Source of the DNA: an uncultured Pseudomonadota bacterium
GTDB lineage: Bacteria > Oederibacteriota > Muellerivitia > Muellerivitales > Muellerivitaceae
Length of the DNA: 64,000 nt
Assembly (NCBI GenBank): GCA_963836235.1
Contig: CAWIIP010000002.1
Location: 1,792,001-1,856,000 of the forward strand
Direction: 5' to 3'
A model generated the notes under the pieces. The model saw nothing but the letters and a program-made list of their open reading frames with translations. It searched no databases and was not told the origin of the DNA. The position numbers and the translations under genes are program-made. This document shows positions 41,783 to 50,988 of the stretch, one piece after another (position 1 is the stretch's first letter; each line of letters opens with the position of its first letter).

Positions 41783-41798
41783 CGGTACGGAAGTTGCT
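41783..41798 (+). promoter_or_regulatory. Sigma54 promoter
   Basis: CGGTACGGAAGTTGCT. Confidence 0.7.
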
Positions 41799-41848
41799 TT
41801 AAGTTGGATGATGTCAGTTGGAAAAATAAAATTTAGGGAGCGGGAAAA

Positions 41849-42124
41849 ATGTATTACTCGATGCAGTTCCACAACTTGGTTTGGTTTTTAATCGTAGGAG
41901 GTTTTGCCGGCTGGCTGGCCAGCGTCGTGGTCACGGGCGGCGGCATGGGAATCTTCGCGGATATCGCCGTGGGTGTGGCGGGGGCCATGGTCGGCGGGGT
42001 TTTGGCTGATTCTCTCAATTGGAATATCTATGGATTTTGGGGCGTACTGGGTGTTTCGATTTTGGGCTCCATGATTTTGATCGTCATATTTCGGGGCCTT
42101 TTTGGTAAGAGGCAGCGGGCTTAA
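41849..42124 (+). CDS. GlsB/YeaQ/YmgE family stress membrane protein
   Basis: LIVGGFAGWLAS..G.G...DI.VGVAGAMVGG. Confidence 0.88.
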   Translation: MYYSMQFHNLVWFLIVGGFAGWLASVVVTGGGMGIFADIAVGVAGAMVGGVLADSLNWNIYGFWGVLGVSILGSMILIVIFRGLFGKRQRA

Positions 42125-42227
42125 CCGGATTCGAAAGAGTCCTTCGTCACATCCAGCGAAACAACCAACCCGGTGATGGGCCTCAGGGAAGGTCCATCCC
42201 CTTCCATCAAGAAAAGGAAAAGCAAAA

Positions 42228-42347
42228 ATGGCGAAAAAAACCAGGGGCGCAAGAATGGTAGCCGCGAAAAAAAGAGCCGCGAAAAGGCATGGCGGCAAGG
42301 GGCCGGTGAAAGACAGGCCCGCCGGCAAACACATCATGAAAACCTAA
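42228..42347 (+). CDS. 39-aa highly basic peptide (not in ORF track)
   Basis: AAGGA RBS; MAKKTRGARMVAAKKRAAKRHGGKGPVKDRPAGKHIMKT. Confidence 0.55.
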   Translation: MAKKTRGARMVAAKKRAAKRHGGKGPVKDRPAGKHIMKT

Positions 42348-42453
42348 AACCACCCGTTAAAAGGGCCGTCCGCATGGGCGAGGTTCATGTCGGGGCGATC
42401 ACCTAGGCGTCACCACGGTCGTTAGAAAATCACAGATTAAACCAGGAGAGATT

Positions 42454-43221
42454 ATGAAACCGATGTTTTTAAGCGTTCTCAAGTACACGGGAGCCTGTTT
42501 GCTCCTCTTCGCCTTTTCTTTCATGGTCGGAACGAAAGTTCTTTCCGCCGAACCCACCCTCCTTCACCTGGATTTCCAGGATGAGCAGGGCCAGCCGGTC
42601 AGTGTGACCCGGGCGACCTTGGTTTTGGTGGCCGGCAGTTACATTGATAAATTGCCGTTGGAAGTCGCGAATCATGGGCTGGATCTTCCGCTGGACGCTT
42701 CCTGGCTGAAAGCGAATTGGCCCGGGGGCACAAGCCGCTTTAAGAATATGGACCGGGCCTATGTGTTCCTGAAAGCCCCGGGATATGCCTCGATCTGCTC
42801 GGACCCGATCCATTGGATCGGAACCGAAACGGACGGTTTGGGGAAGGATGTCGTCATCTCCTTTCCGCGCGGCAAAACATTAGCGGTCTCGAGAGGACAG
42901 GCGGTTTCTTTCCCGGTGAACTTTCGAAAGTCCAATGACCGGTTTTTGAAGCTGTCGGATGGAAAAGGAAATCCTTTAGCGGGAATCCAGGTTAAGTCCT
43001 ACATTTATTGGTCCAAAAGCGACGACGGCGACTTGAACGGGTCGGATTTCCTGAGCGAGGGGACGAGCGACGCGACCGGGCGAGTTCCCGTGATGGACGG
43101 GGATTTTATTTACGCCTTTCAAGTAACTCCCAAGACCGCTGACGGCACTAAAGCCGCTACCGTGCTCATCGTGAGGCGGTTTGATAGCAAGGAATATCCT
43201 GTCACCGTGCCGCTGAATTAG
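42454..43221 (+). CDS. Secreted hypothetical protein (beta-sandwich-like)
   Basis: AGGAG RBS, signal peptide, DEQGQPV and DGKGNPLAG repeats. Confidence 0.7.
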   Translation: MKPMFLSVLKYTGACLLLFAFSFMVGTKVLSAEPTLLHLDFQDEQGQPVSVTRATLVLVAGSYIDKLPLEVANHGLDLPLDASWLKANWPGGTSRFKNMDRAYVFLKAPGYASICSDPIHWIGTETDGLGKDVVISFPRGKTLAVSRGQAVSFPVNFRKSNDRFLKLSDGKGNPLAGIQVKSYIYWSKSDDGDLNGSDFLSEGTSDATGRVPVMDGDFIYAFQVTPKTADGTKAATVLIVRRFDSKEYPVTVPLN

Positions 43222-43310
43222 GGACGGATTCGGATCCGGAATCAGCCGGATCGAAGGATTTCCAAACCAGTTTTTTTAACCAGTTCATACAAGCAAGAAA
43301 AGAGGAAGTT

Positions 43311-43823
43311 ATGTTTTCGGATTTGAGAAAAGTTTGGTCGGTCGGTTTGATGATGGCGGGAGTTCTTTTGTTGCCGCTCTGTTCCCGGGCGGACTCGGGT
43401 TATAACCCGACGAATTCGGGGGGCAATTTCGGCTTGGGCTTGGAGGTGGGTGATCCGGGCAACTGGGGCATCACGGGCAAAATCTGGATCGACCGGGTGA
43501 ACGCCTTTCAGCCGGCGGTGAAATTCGACTCCGCGGGTGACGCCCTCCTGCAGTTGGATTATTTGTGGCACAACTTCGACATCATCCACATGAAGGATAC
43601 CGACGGCGAAATGCCGGTTTATATTGGACTGGGCGGAGATCTCCTGCTTCAAGACACGGTGCAAATCGCGGGCCGGGTTCCGATCGGTATTTCCTACATT
43701 TTCGACAAGCGGAACGTGCCGGTGGATATTTACCTGCAGGCGGTACCAACCCTTTGGTTTTTTAGCGGCGGCCTGACGACGTTCGATGTCTATGGTGAAT
43801 TGGGCGCGCATTACTACTTCTGA
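43311..43823 (+). CDS. Small outer-membrane beta-barrel (DUF3996-like)
   Basis: FGLGLEVGDP..GITGK, RVPIGISY, terminal HYYF. Confidence 0.7.
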   Translation: MFSDLRKVWSVGLMMAGVLLLPLCSRADSGYNPTNSGGNFGLGLEVGDPGNWGITGKIWIDRVNAFQPAVKFDSAGDALLQLDYLWHNFDIIHMKDTDGEMPVYIGLGGDLLLQDTVQIAGRVPIGISYIFDKRNVPVDIYLQAVPTLWFFSGGLTTFDVYGELGAHYYF

Positions 43824-43848
43824 TCAGTGAAAAGAAAGGATATTCGAA

Positions 43849-43995
43849 ATGTTATTTACGATCGCGGCCGTGCTGGTGGTTCTTTGGCTTTTAGGTTTCG
43901 TGAGTTCCTACACCCTGGGGGGATATATCCACATACTCCTGGTCATAGCCCTCATTGTTTTAGTTGTCGGCTTTTTACAGGGCCGGAAGGCTTAA
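43849..43995 (+). CDS. lmo0937-like small membrane protein (not in ORF track)
   Basis: MLFTIAAVLVVLWLLGFVSSYTLGGYIHILLVIA..QGRKA. Confidence 0.85.
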   Translation: MLFTIAAVLVVLWLLGFVSSYTLGGYIHILLVIALIVLVVGFLQGRKA

Positions 43996-44106
43996 CTTCT
44001 GAGAAACCCCACGGCTTGAGGCTTAAGCCACGAGGTTCTTGAAGGGATGAGGTTTTTAAAAAGTCCGCGCGAGCGGACTTTTTATCTTTCCGTTAAAGGT
44101 CGCGTC

Positions 44107-44460
44107 ATGAGAATTTTTTTCATCTTTGGGCTGATCCTGACCCTCACGGGCTGCGCCACTTTCGGCATCAATGATCCCCAACTGAAATTAAAGGTCGAGC
44201 CGGACCCGGCGGTCCGGGGGAAGAGGGCCTTGTTCGTCCTGAATGCGCCGATGGACGCGGAGAAGGTCACGGGAGTGCTGGAAATTTTCACCAGCCCGTT
44301 GTTTAAATTCAAAAAAGATCTCAAAAAGAAATATTGGTTCATTTCAAACAAGATTCCCGAGACGGCTTTGGTGCCGCCCGGGATTTATTGGGTGAGGCTG
44401 TCCTATTCTTTGGGGAATCAGACACCCCATTTCATGAGGATGCAACTGCGGCTGAAGTAA
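44107..44460 (+). CDS. Hypothetical lipoprotein
   Basis: LTGC lipobox. Confidence 0.65.
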   Translation: MRIFFIFGLILTLTGCATFGINDPQLKLKVEPDPAVRGKRALFVLNAPMDAEKVTGVLEIFTSPLFKFKKDLKKKYWFISNKIPETALVPPGIYWVRLSYSLGNQTPHFMRMQLRLK

Positions 44461-44501
44461 CAGTCTTGTTTTTTCCCCGGCACTAAAAAAGAAAGAAGGC
44501 G

Positions 44502-44921
44502 ATGATGTCCATTTCAAAAGAAACGGTATTAGAGTCGATAAAACAGGACCATGTGATGGTTTTGAACGTGCTTCCGGAAGCGGAATTCCAAAAGCTTCAT
44601 ATCGAGGGCTCCCGTAACCTGCCTTTAACCACGGACCATGGGGCTTTCGCGGAGGCGGTTGAAAAGCAGTACGGCAAGAAGCGGTTTTTTATCATTTATG
44701 GCTCCAACATCGGCAGCCGGACGGCCATCGACGCGTCCGACGCGCTGTTGAAGAGGGGCTTCAAAGCCGAAGTCTACCTCAGCGGGATGAGGGGATGGAC
44801 CGAGGCCGGCTTTCCGACGGGCCGGAACCGACGCCCCGAAAAAGGCGGCTTCTCTGTGAGTGGGCTGGTGAACGGGCGCGATTCGGAATCTCCCGGTGTC
44901 CGGAAGTACACGTCGGAATAA
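44502..44921 (+). CDS. Rhodanese-like protein lacking catalytic Cys
   Basis: Paralog of 20065 (VLNVLPE..F.KLHI.GS.NLP) but IIYGSNIGS in place of ITYCAGLTC. Confidence 0.8.
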   Translation: MMSISKETVLESIKQDHVMVLNVLPEAEFQKLHIEGSRNLPLTTDHGAFAEAVEKQYGKKRFFIIYGSNIGSRTAIDASDALLKRGFKAEVYLSGMRGWTEAGFPTGRNRRPEKGGFSVSGLVNGRDSESPGVRKYTSE

Positions 44922-45059
44922 CGAGCCCGGCGCTTTTTTACGGGGAACCCCCGCGCCTTCTTTTGACTTTTTCACCTTCCGGTTAAAATATCCCGAGGAC
45001 TAGGTATGCCGAGGGAAACTGTTTAGCATGGGTTGAAATAAGACTTCGGGGAGATTTGA

Positions 45060-46442
45060 ATGCCGATCTTTTTTTCCTGGTCCCTGGGCCATGTTTTTGC
45101 GATCTTCAATTTTCTTTTGGCCGTCCTTTTCGTTTCCTTCATCTTGCGCTCCAAGAGGCCGCCGGGAAGCACCCTGGCCTGGCTTTTTTTCGTGCTGGCG
45201 GCGCCCTATATCGGAATTCCCTTCTTTATTTTCCTTGCCGACCGGAAGACCAAGAGCCGCTTCCACCAAAAGAAATCTCTCTACGAGCCCAATCCACCTC
45301 AAGAAGGCCAATGGGAGGGGGCGGTGGAAAAGTTGCTGGCCGGGCTGGGAGTGACGCCTTCCCGCGGCGGCCAAAAGGCCGAACTGGTTTCCACCGGGGA
45401 GGAGGCCTACGCCCGGATCGCCGGGATGATTTCCACCGCCCGCAAGCGCATCCATTTGACCACCTTCATTTTCGCCAAGGACCCGGTGGCCGAAAGTCTC
45501 ATCGAACTGCTGGAAAAAAAGGCCGAAGAGGGCGTGGCGGTGCGGGTGCTGCTGGATTCCATGGGATCGCTCATGGCCAAGCGGCCCTCCTTCAAGGGTT
45601 TGGTGGAAAAAGGCGGACAGGTCGTTTTTTTCAATCCCGTGTTCCACCTGCCTTTCCGGGGGAGGGCCAACCTGCGCAACCATCGCAAGCTCCTGATCGC
45701 CGATTCCGAAAGGGCCATCCTGGGGGGGATGAACATCGCTAAGGAATATATGGGCCCCAACCCCGATCCCAATCGCTGGACCGACCTTTGCCTGGAGGTG
45801 GAGGGTTCCTGCGTTCGGGATATGGAAGCGGTCTTCGCCGAGGACTGGAAATTCGCCACGCAGGAGGAGCCGGGCGGGGAACCGCCCGCCCCGGTGGAAG
45901 ACAGGGGGGACTGCCGACTTCAAGTGATCGCCGAGGGGCCGGACGTGAGATTCGACCCCCTTTACGACACCCTCATCTCGTTGATTTACCAGGCCTCGCG
46001 CAGAATCTGGATCGCTACGCCTTACTTCATCCCCGACGAATCCCTCACCCGGGCGCTGGAGCTGGCGGGCCGCCGGGGAATCGAAGTGCGGGTATTGGTT
46101 CCCCGGAACTCCAACCATCTTCTCGCCGACCTGGCTCGGGGGACCTATCTGCGCCAGCTTTTGAAATCCGGGTGCCAGGTCGATCTGGCGGAGAAAATGC
46201 TGCACGCCAAGGCCTTCCTGGTGGACGGGAATTACGCCATTCTTGGATCGGCCAATTTCGATATGAGGAGCCTGCTGCTGAATTACGAGATCGGCGTCTT
46301 GACCCGCGCCGGCGGGCCGCTGGCGGCTTTGGAAAAATGGTTCCAGGCGCAATTCGAGGCGGCGGGAAAGTCCGATTTAAAGGTGAATTATTTCCGGGAT
46401 ATGGCCGAGAGCGTGGGGCGAGTTTTGGGCCCGCTGATTTAG
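45060..46442 (+). CDS. cls: Cardiolipin synthase (PLD family)
   Basis: RNHRKLLIAD and LHAKAFLVD HKD motifs, ATPYFIP, GSANFD.RS. Confidence 0.9.
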   Translation: MPIFFSWSLGHVFAIFNFLLAVLFVSFILRSKRPPGSTLAWLFFVLAAPYIGIPFFIFLADRKTKSRFHQKKSLYEPNPPQEGQWEGAVEKLLAGLGVTPSRGGQKAELVSTGEEAYARIAGMISTARKRIHLTTFIFAKDPVAESLIELLEKKAEEGVAVRVLLDSMGSLMAKRPSFKGLVEKGGQVVFFNPVFHLPFRGRANLRNHRKLLIADSERAILGGMNIAKEYMGPNPDPNRWTDLCLEVEGSCVRDMEAVFAEDWKFATQEEPGGEPPAPVEDRGDCRLQVIAEGPDVRFDPLYDTLISLIYQASRRIWIATPYFIPDESLTRALELAGRRGIEVRVLVPRNSNHLLADLARGTYLRQLLKSGCQVDLAEKMLHAKAFLVDGNYAILGSANFDMRSLLLNYEIGVLTRAGGPLAALEKWFQAQFEAAGKSDLKVNYFRDMAESVGRVLGPLI

Positions 46443-46461
46443 AACTTCCCACAAAAACCGA

Positions 46462-46579
46462 TTGAACCACCAAGACACCAAGGGCACCAAGAAAGTCAAA
46501 AACAAAGGCTGGATTTATAAGGTTTTCCAATGTTTTTTATTTTGCTGTTCTTAGTGTTCTTGGTGTCTTGGTGGTTCAA
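46462..46579. repeat. Family A inverted-repeat element, copy 2
   Basis: AACCACCAAGACACCAAGGGCACCAAG..CTTGGTGTCTTGGTGGTT. Confidence 0.8.
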
Positions 46580-46672
46580 AGGGGTTTTGTTTTTAATTTT
46601 TGCGTCGGTTGGTAGAATGGGGAAGTTTGAGGGGGCCTTGGCAGCCCTGAAATTTGAACAAGGGGAAGAGAT

Positions 46673-47983
46673 ATGAAACGAAAGACTCTACTGGTTTTGG
46701 CGTTGTTCTTAATACCGGCACTCAGCGTCTTTGGCGAGAATAACAACCATGACGGCGGATCGGGCGGCGGCCGATCCAACGGCGGCCATCCGAGAGGCGG
46801 CAATGGCGGCGGCCACGCCGCGCGGCAGCCGGTGGTCATCAACATGACGCACCCTTCCAGCGGCGGCCATAACACCAACTTCCCGTCCCAGCAGGGGCAT
46901 TCGAGTTTCAGCGGCCAGCCCTCCTACGGGCGGGTCCAATGGAACGCCTCCAGTCACAATGCTCCCAACCACTTTTCCCGGCCCGATGTGAAATCCTACT
47001 CGAGCCCCGGCGTGAGGGCGTCGGTTTCGGTCCACCACCATCCCTACACCCAGGGTTACGTGCGCAAGAAACTGCAGAACATCGGTGTCAAGCACGAGCC
47101 CAGCTATATCACCGACCGCGCGGAAATCATCCACACCGACCGGGCCCATTCCATCATCGGTTATCCCCGCGTGGGGCCGGACCATATGGCCCTTTCGGCC
47201 AATGCCTTCTCCCCCCGGCGTTTCAACGACCCCCTGGTCCGCAACCACATGGCCCTGGTGGACGGGGCGGATTGGCGCCTGCGCATCGGCGGATTTGAGC
47301 GTACCGAATTCGAACCCGGCCGTTATTACTGGCACGCCGGCGACGGTTTCAACTACTGCCATTACATCGACAACTCGGGTTACCATTGGTGGGGCTGGTA
47401 CGTGGGCGGAAGCCAGTTTTTCTGGACCCGCAATTTCGGCGGCCGCTATTGGTGGTACGATTCGGGCTTCGACCGATGGTGCTTCTGGAACGAGGGCTTC
47501 TGGTGGTGGCAGGATCCCTATCACGTGGGCGACCTCTATTGCTACAACAACGACAACTACATCCCCTGCAACTCGGCGGAGGACCAGGTGGTCGTGACGA
47601 GCCCTGAAAATTCCAGCTTCCAAACCTATACCAGCCCCGATGGCAGCCGGATGGTGAAAATCTCAACCGATACCCAGGATGCCTTTCTCTACGACACGGC
47701 TACTCCTCCCAACTTCCAGCCTATCTATATGGCTTCGGGAGTGCAAAGCGTCCAGTTTTCCGACACCAGCAACGGGAGACCGCTGGAGATCATCTTGAAG
47801 CTCAACGACGGCTCCTTCGACATGTTCGATGGGCAGGGGAACTCTTATAATCCCGGCAGTGCCGACGCCGACCAGAGCGGCTATTCCGACGGGTCCCAGC
47901 CCTCGGCGCCTTCCGATGGAGGAACGCCGCCCGCGGGCTCCAACGCCCCGGCGGCGCCCGGTCCCGGACAAGCCGGAACCTGA
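46673..47983 (+). CDS. Secreted hypothetical protein with Trp/Tyr-rich core
   Basis: Signal peptide, Gly/Ser-rich N-terminus, YHWWGWY..YWWYD..FWWWQD, Pro-rich tail. Confidence 0.8.
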   Translation: MKRKTLLVLALFLIPALSVFGENNNHDGGSGGGRSNGGHPRGGNGGGHAARQPVVINMTHPSSGGHNTNFPSQQGHSSFSGQPSYGRVQWNASSHNAPNHFSRPDVKSYSSPGVRASVSVHHHPYTQGYVRKKLQNIGVKHEPSYITDRAEIIHTDRAHSIIGYPRVGPDHMALSANAFSPRRFNDPLVRNHMALVDGADWRLRIGGFERTEFEPGRYYWHAGDGFNYCHYIDNSGYHWWGWYVGGSQFFWTRNFGGRYWWYDSGFDRWCFWNEGFWWWQDPYHVGDLYCYNNDNYIPCNSAEDQVVVTSPENSSFQTYTSPDGSRMVKISTDTQDAFLYDTATPPNFQPIYMASGVQSVQFSDTSNGRPLEIILKLNDGSFDMFDGQGNSYNPGSADADQSGYSDGSQPSAPSDGGTPPAGSNAPAAPGPGQAGT

Positions 47984-48274
47984 TTCCAGCCTAAGTTATC
48001 CGCACCAAGGGTCCGGCCCTCCATCACTTCGGTGGTTTGAGAAGGCCGGGCCCTTTTTTGTTGCGGAGAAAAAATTCGGCCCCGCCATCTTTTTTAAAAG
48101 AGGGTTATATGACCGTCTCTCTATTTTCAAATTCCTCAATTTTCGAAGTAACCGACTTCTTTGTAGGTCCCGGTTTAATTTTTTCACCGGCCCGCTAGGC
48201 TTTTCCCCTCCTCCACCCCAAAATGTCCCACATCAGCCCCATCGGTTTTGGATGGAAACCCAAGGAGACGCGCC

Positions 48275-48943
48275 ATGGACGTGAATGAAGCTTTGAGAAG
48301 CCGTTATACCTGCCGGGATTTCAAACCGACCGCCTTGCCCAAGGGAGTGATATCGGAAATCCTTGAAGCGGCCGGCCGGGCGCCTTCTTGGGCCGATACC
48401 CAGCCTTGGGAAGTCTTCGTGGCGGGAGGCGACGCTTTGGAGAGGCTTCGCCAGGCTTACTTGGCCAACTTCGCCAAGGGGGTCGCTCCCCACCCGGATA
48501 TTCCGGCTCCGACCCAATGGCCGGCGGACCTGAAACAGCGCATGGACGAGCTGTTGGTCCTCCATAAAAAGGAAGCCCAGGCCCTTTCGGGAAATTCCTC
48601 GGACCCCCAGGCTTACCTGACCCGCCAGATGAGGTTCTTCAACGCGCCGGTCGTGGTTTTTATTTGCATGGATAAGGCCCTTACTTCCTGGTCGGTTTTC
48701 GACCTGGGCTTCTTCACCCAAAGCCTCATGCTGGCTGCCACGGAAAAGGGGCTGGATACGGCCCCCGCCTATCGGCTGGTCTCCTATCCCGACCTGGTGA
48801 GGCAAGAGCTGGGAATCCACCCGGAGCTTTCGGTCGTATTCGGGGTCGCCTTGGGCTATGGCATGGACCGTTCCGATGCCGTCGGGTTCCAAAGCCCCCG
48901 GCGGGACAACCGGGATGTGGTCCGTTTCAAGGGTTTTGAGTGA
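48275..48943 (+). CDS. Nitroreductase family protein
   Basis: SRYTCRDF, RAPSWADTQPW, FFNAP, DLG.F.QSLMLAA, VALGY. Confidence 0.9.
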   Translation: MDVNEALRSRYTCRDFKPTALPKGVISEILEAAGRAPSWADTQPWEVFVAGGDALERLRQAYLANFAKGVAPHPDIPAPTQWPADLKQRMDELLVLHKKEAQALSGNSSDPQAYLTRQMRFFNAPVVVFICMDKALTSWSVFDLGFFTQSLMLAATEKGLDTAPAYRLVSYPDLVRQELGIHPELSVVFGVALGYGMDRSDAVGFQSPRRDNRDVVRFKGFE

Positions 48944-48945
48944 GG
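48925..48945 (+). repeat. 21-bp direct repeat, left copy
   Basis: TTTCAAGGGTTTTGAGTGAGG, identical to 50989-51009. Confidence 0.9.
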
Positions 48946-49069
48946 GGGATGATTGTTTAAAGGCGTTTGTTCAATTTTTTAGGGTCCTGTTTCAGATGGA
49001 ACACAGCAAAAATTTGAATGGTCGAAGTTCCGCAAACATAAAAAATCCCGTATGGAAACCTGGATATAA

Positions 49070-49442
49070 GGCTTGGCGGGCTCATTGCCACCTGGCCCGG
49101 CGGCCCAAACCCACCCAAAGCGAGAAAGCCGCCCTGGCCCGCGCCGCCAAGGCCATGAACCCCCTCCACCTCGAAAAAACCTTCAACCTCTTCACTCCCG
49201 CCACCCTTTACCGGTGGTATCGGGAATTGGTTCGGGAAAAATGCCGTTACCCCCGCATTCAAAAAAAGCCGGGCAGGCCCAGGATTTCCGCTGAACTCGA
49301 AGCCTTGATCGTCAAACTGGCCCTGGAAAACCCTCAAGACGGCTACGATTCCCTCGTCGGCAAGCTCCAAACCCTTGGGTTTCAAGCCAATTCGGAAACC
49401 GTTCAAAACGTCCTCAAACGCAACGGCTTCCCGCCTTCCCCT
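49070..49442 (+). pseudogene. N-terminal fragment of rve/integrase-core transposase
   Basis: PATLYRWYRELV..PGRPRI..IVKLALENP..GY; cut where the IS3 end begins. Confidence 0.75.
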
Positions 49443-49962
49443 TGACCTGCCCCCAAAAAACTAATCCACCTGTACGGTTATAATAATCCGAAAGGTTGGT
49501 TGAAAAGGGGGCTTTATGCCGAGAAAAAAGCACAATGCAGAACAGATCATTTCCATACTTCGCCAGGTGGAAGTAGAGCAGGCCAAAGGGCGTTCCGTTG
49601 AGGAAGTCTGCCGCGAAGTTCAAATCACGTCTTTCACCTACTACCGTTGGCGCAAAATGTACGGTGGGCTGAAGATGGACCAAGCCAAAAAGCTCAAAGA
49701 CCTCGAAAGAGAAAACGCCCAGCTCAAGAAGGTAGTGGCTGATTTGGTGCTGGATAAAGCGATTCTGAAAGAGTTGGCCCGGGGAAACTTCTAAGCCCGG
49801 AAAAACGTCGCCGTGGAATCCAATTAGCTTGTGAAAAAGTACAGGTTTCCCAAAGACGTGCCTGCCGGGCATTAGGACAATCCAGAAGTACCCAGCGATA
49901 TATTCCGCAGGTTAGATCAGATGAACCTGTTTTGGTGGGACGGATGGTGGAGTTGGCTTGTG
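49443..49962 (+). mobile_element. Truncated IS3-family element (left end, orfA 49516-49794, start of orfB)
   Basis: TGACCTGCCCC left end; YYRWRKMYGG..LERENAQLKK.VADL.LD; GGGAAACTTCTAAGCCC frameshift window; orfB ends at ..VELACE. Confidence 0.85.
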
Positions 49963-50987
49963 AAAAAGGGGTCAGGCGTCCATTTTCCACTTATTGATCT
50001 TTTCATTTAAGCCTTTGTCCTTCAATAGCCTCTGCTTCATCTTCACCCAACGGTTTCCCACCGCCGTCAGTCCCACTCCCATCCTCAGTCCTATCCCCTT
50101 TAAGCTTAATCCTGATTCCCGTTTCAACAAGTATATCGCCACGTCCAGCGCTTCCGAGCCCCTTTTCCCGGCCCTTAAAAGTTCTTCCGGCTTTTCACCA
50201 TAGGCTTTTGCCACCCGGGCGATCAGCCTTTGCGGATCCTGTTTGACCACGTGTTTTTGATATTTTGGCACGTCCAAATGCTTATGCTTTTGTCCCACCT
50301 CATGAACCCTATCTAGGAACCCTTTTCCTCCCAAGTAAAGCCTTGAATATAAGTCCTCCCAAGGCGATTCTTTTTTTCCAACCCCCTCCGCCACGAAAAC
50401 CCGGTAGGCTTTTTGTGCTTGTTTTAGGCTTTTACCGAAATGTCCCAAAAGCCAGCCGGTTTCCATCCATTTTTCAGATTTCTCCAACCCCGCCGTGGCC
50501 CGGTAGCTGCTCCATTTCCATTCACCCGGACTTTTAACCATCCTGGCCCTCACGGGGTTCAGCACCACATACCGGCATAATTCTTTCAAATAGCTTTCTT
50601 TCTCCACCACGATCGCTTTATATCGGCCCTGGAAAAGATGTCCCACCCGGCGGTGCTTCTTGTTGAATTTCTGGGTGTAGATGCCGTTAAAATGTTTCAT
50701 GGCAAGGGAGAGGTTGGCGGCGGGTGTCTCCAGGAGCAGGTGATAATGATTGTCCATCAAGACCCAGGCGTGGCAGGTGACGTCATGGTGTTCAACCGTT
50801 TCAGCCAAAACACGGATAAACACATTCCGGTCAGCGTCATCGAGGACGATTTTTCTTCGCTCGTTCCCGCGGGAAGTTACGTGGTAAACAGCGCCCTCAT
50901 AATGGATGCGTTTGGGTCTTGGCACAGCCGTATTTTAACGGCTTAACCCGGGTAGTAAAGTGGATTATGGAGGCCTGACCCCTTTTT
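49963..50987 (-). mobile_element. Y1/RAYT-like transposase unit with 30-bp terminal inverted repeats
   Basis: AAAAAGGGGTCAGGCGTCCATTTTCCACTT (49963-49992) vs AAGTGGATTATGGAGGCCTGACCCCTTTTT (50958-50987), 27/30. Confidence 0.8.
49972..50925 (-). CDS. HUH Y1 (RAYT-like) transposase with C-terminal HTH
   Basis: YHVTSRGN, LMDNHYHL, GHLFQGRYK, YVVLNPVRA, WSSY. Confidence 0.92.
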   Translation of the reverse strand: MPRPKRIHYEGAVYHVTSRGNERRKIVLDDADRNVFIRVLAETVEHHDVTCHAWVLMDNHYHLLLETPAANLSLAMKHFNGIYTQKFNKKHRRVGHLFQGRYKAIVVEKESYLKELCRYVVLNPVRARMVKSPGEWKWSSYRATAGLEKSEKWMETGWLLGHFGKSLKQAQKAYRVFVAEGVGKKESPWEDLYSRLYLGGKGFLDRVHEVGQKHKHLDVPKYQKHVVKQDPQRLIARVAKAYGEKPEELLRAGKRGSEALDVAIYLLKRESGLSLKGIGLRMGVGLTAVGNRWVKMKQRLLKDKGLNEKINKWKMDA

Positions 50988-50988
50988 T

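Noticed and set aside
43827-44042. 71-aa ORF-track call
   Set aside because: The overlapping frame 43849-43995 is a recognisable lmo0937-like protein with an RBS.
48858-49445. 195-aa ORF as an intact gene
   Set aside because: Chimeric; only the C-terminal part resembles a transposase and its stop comes from the IS3 end.
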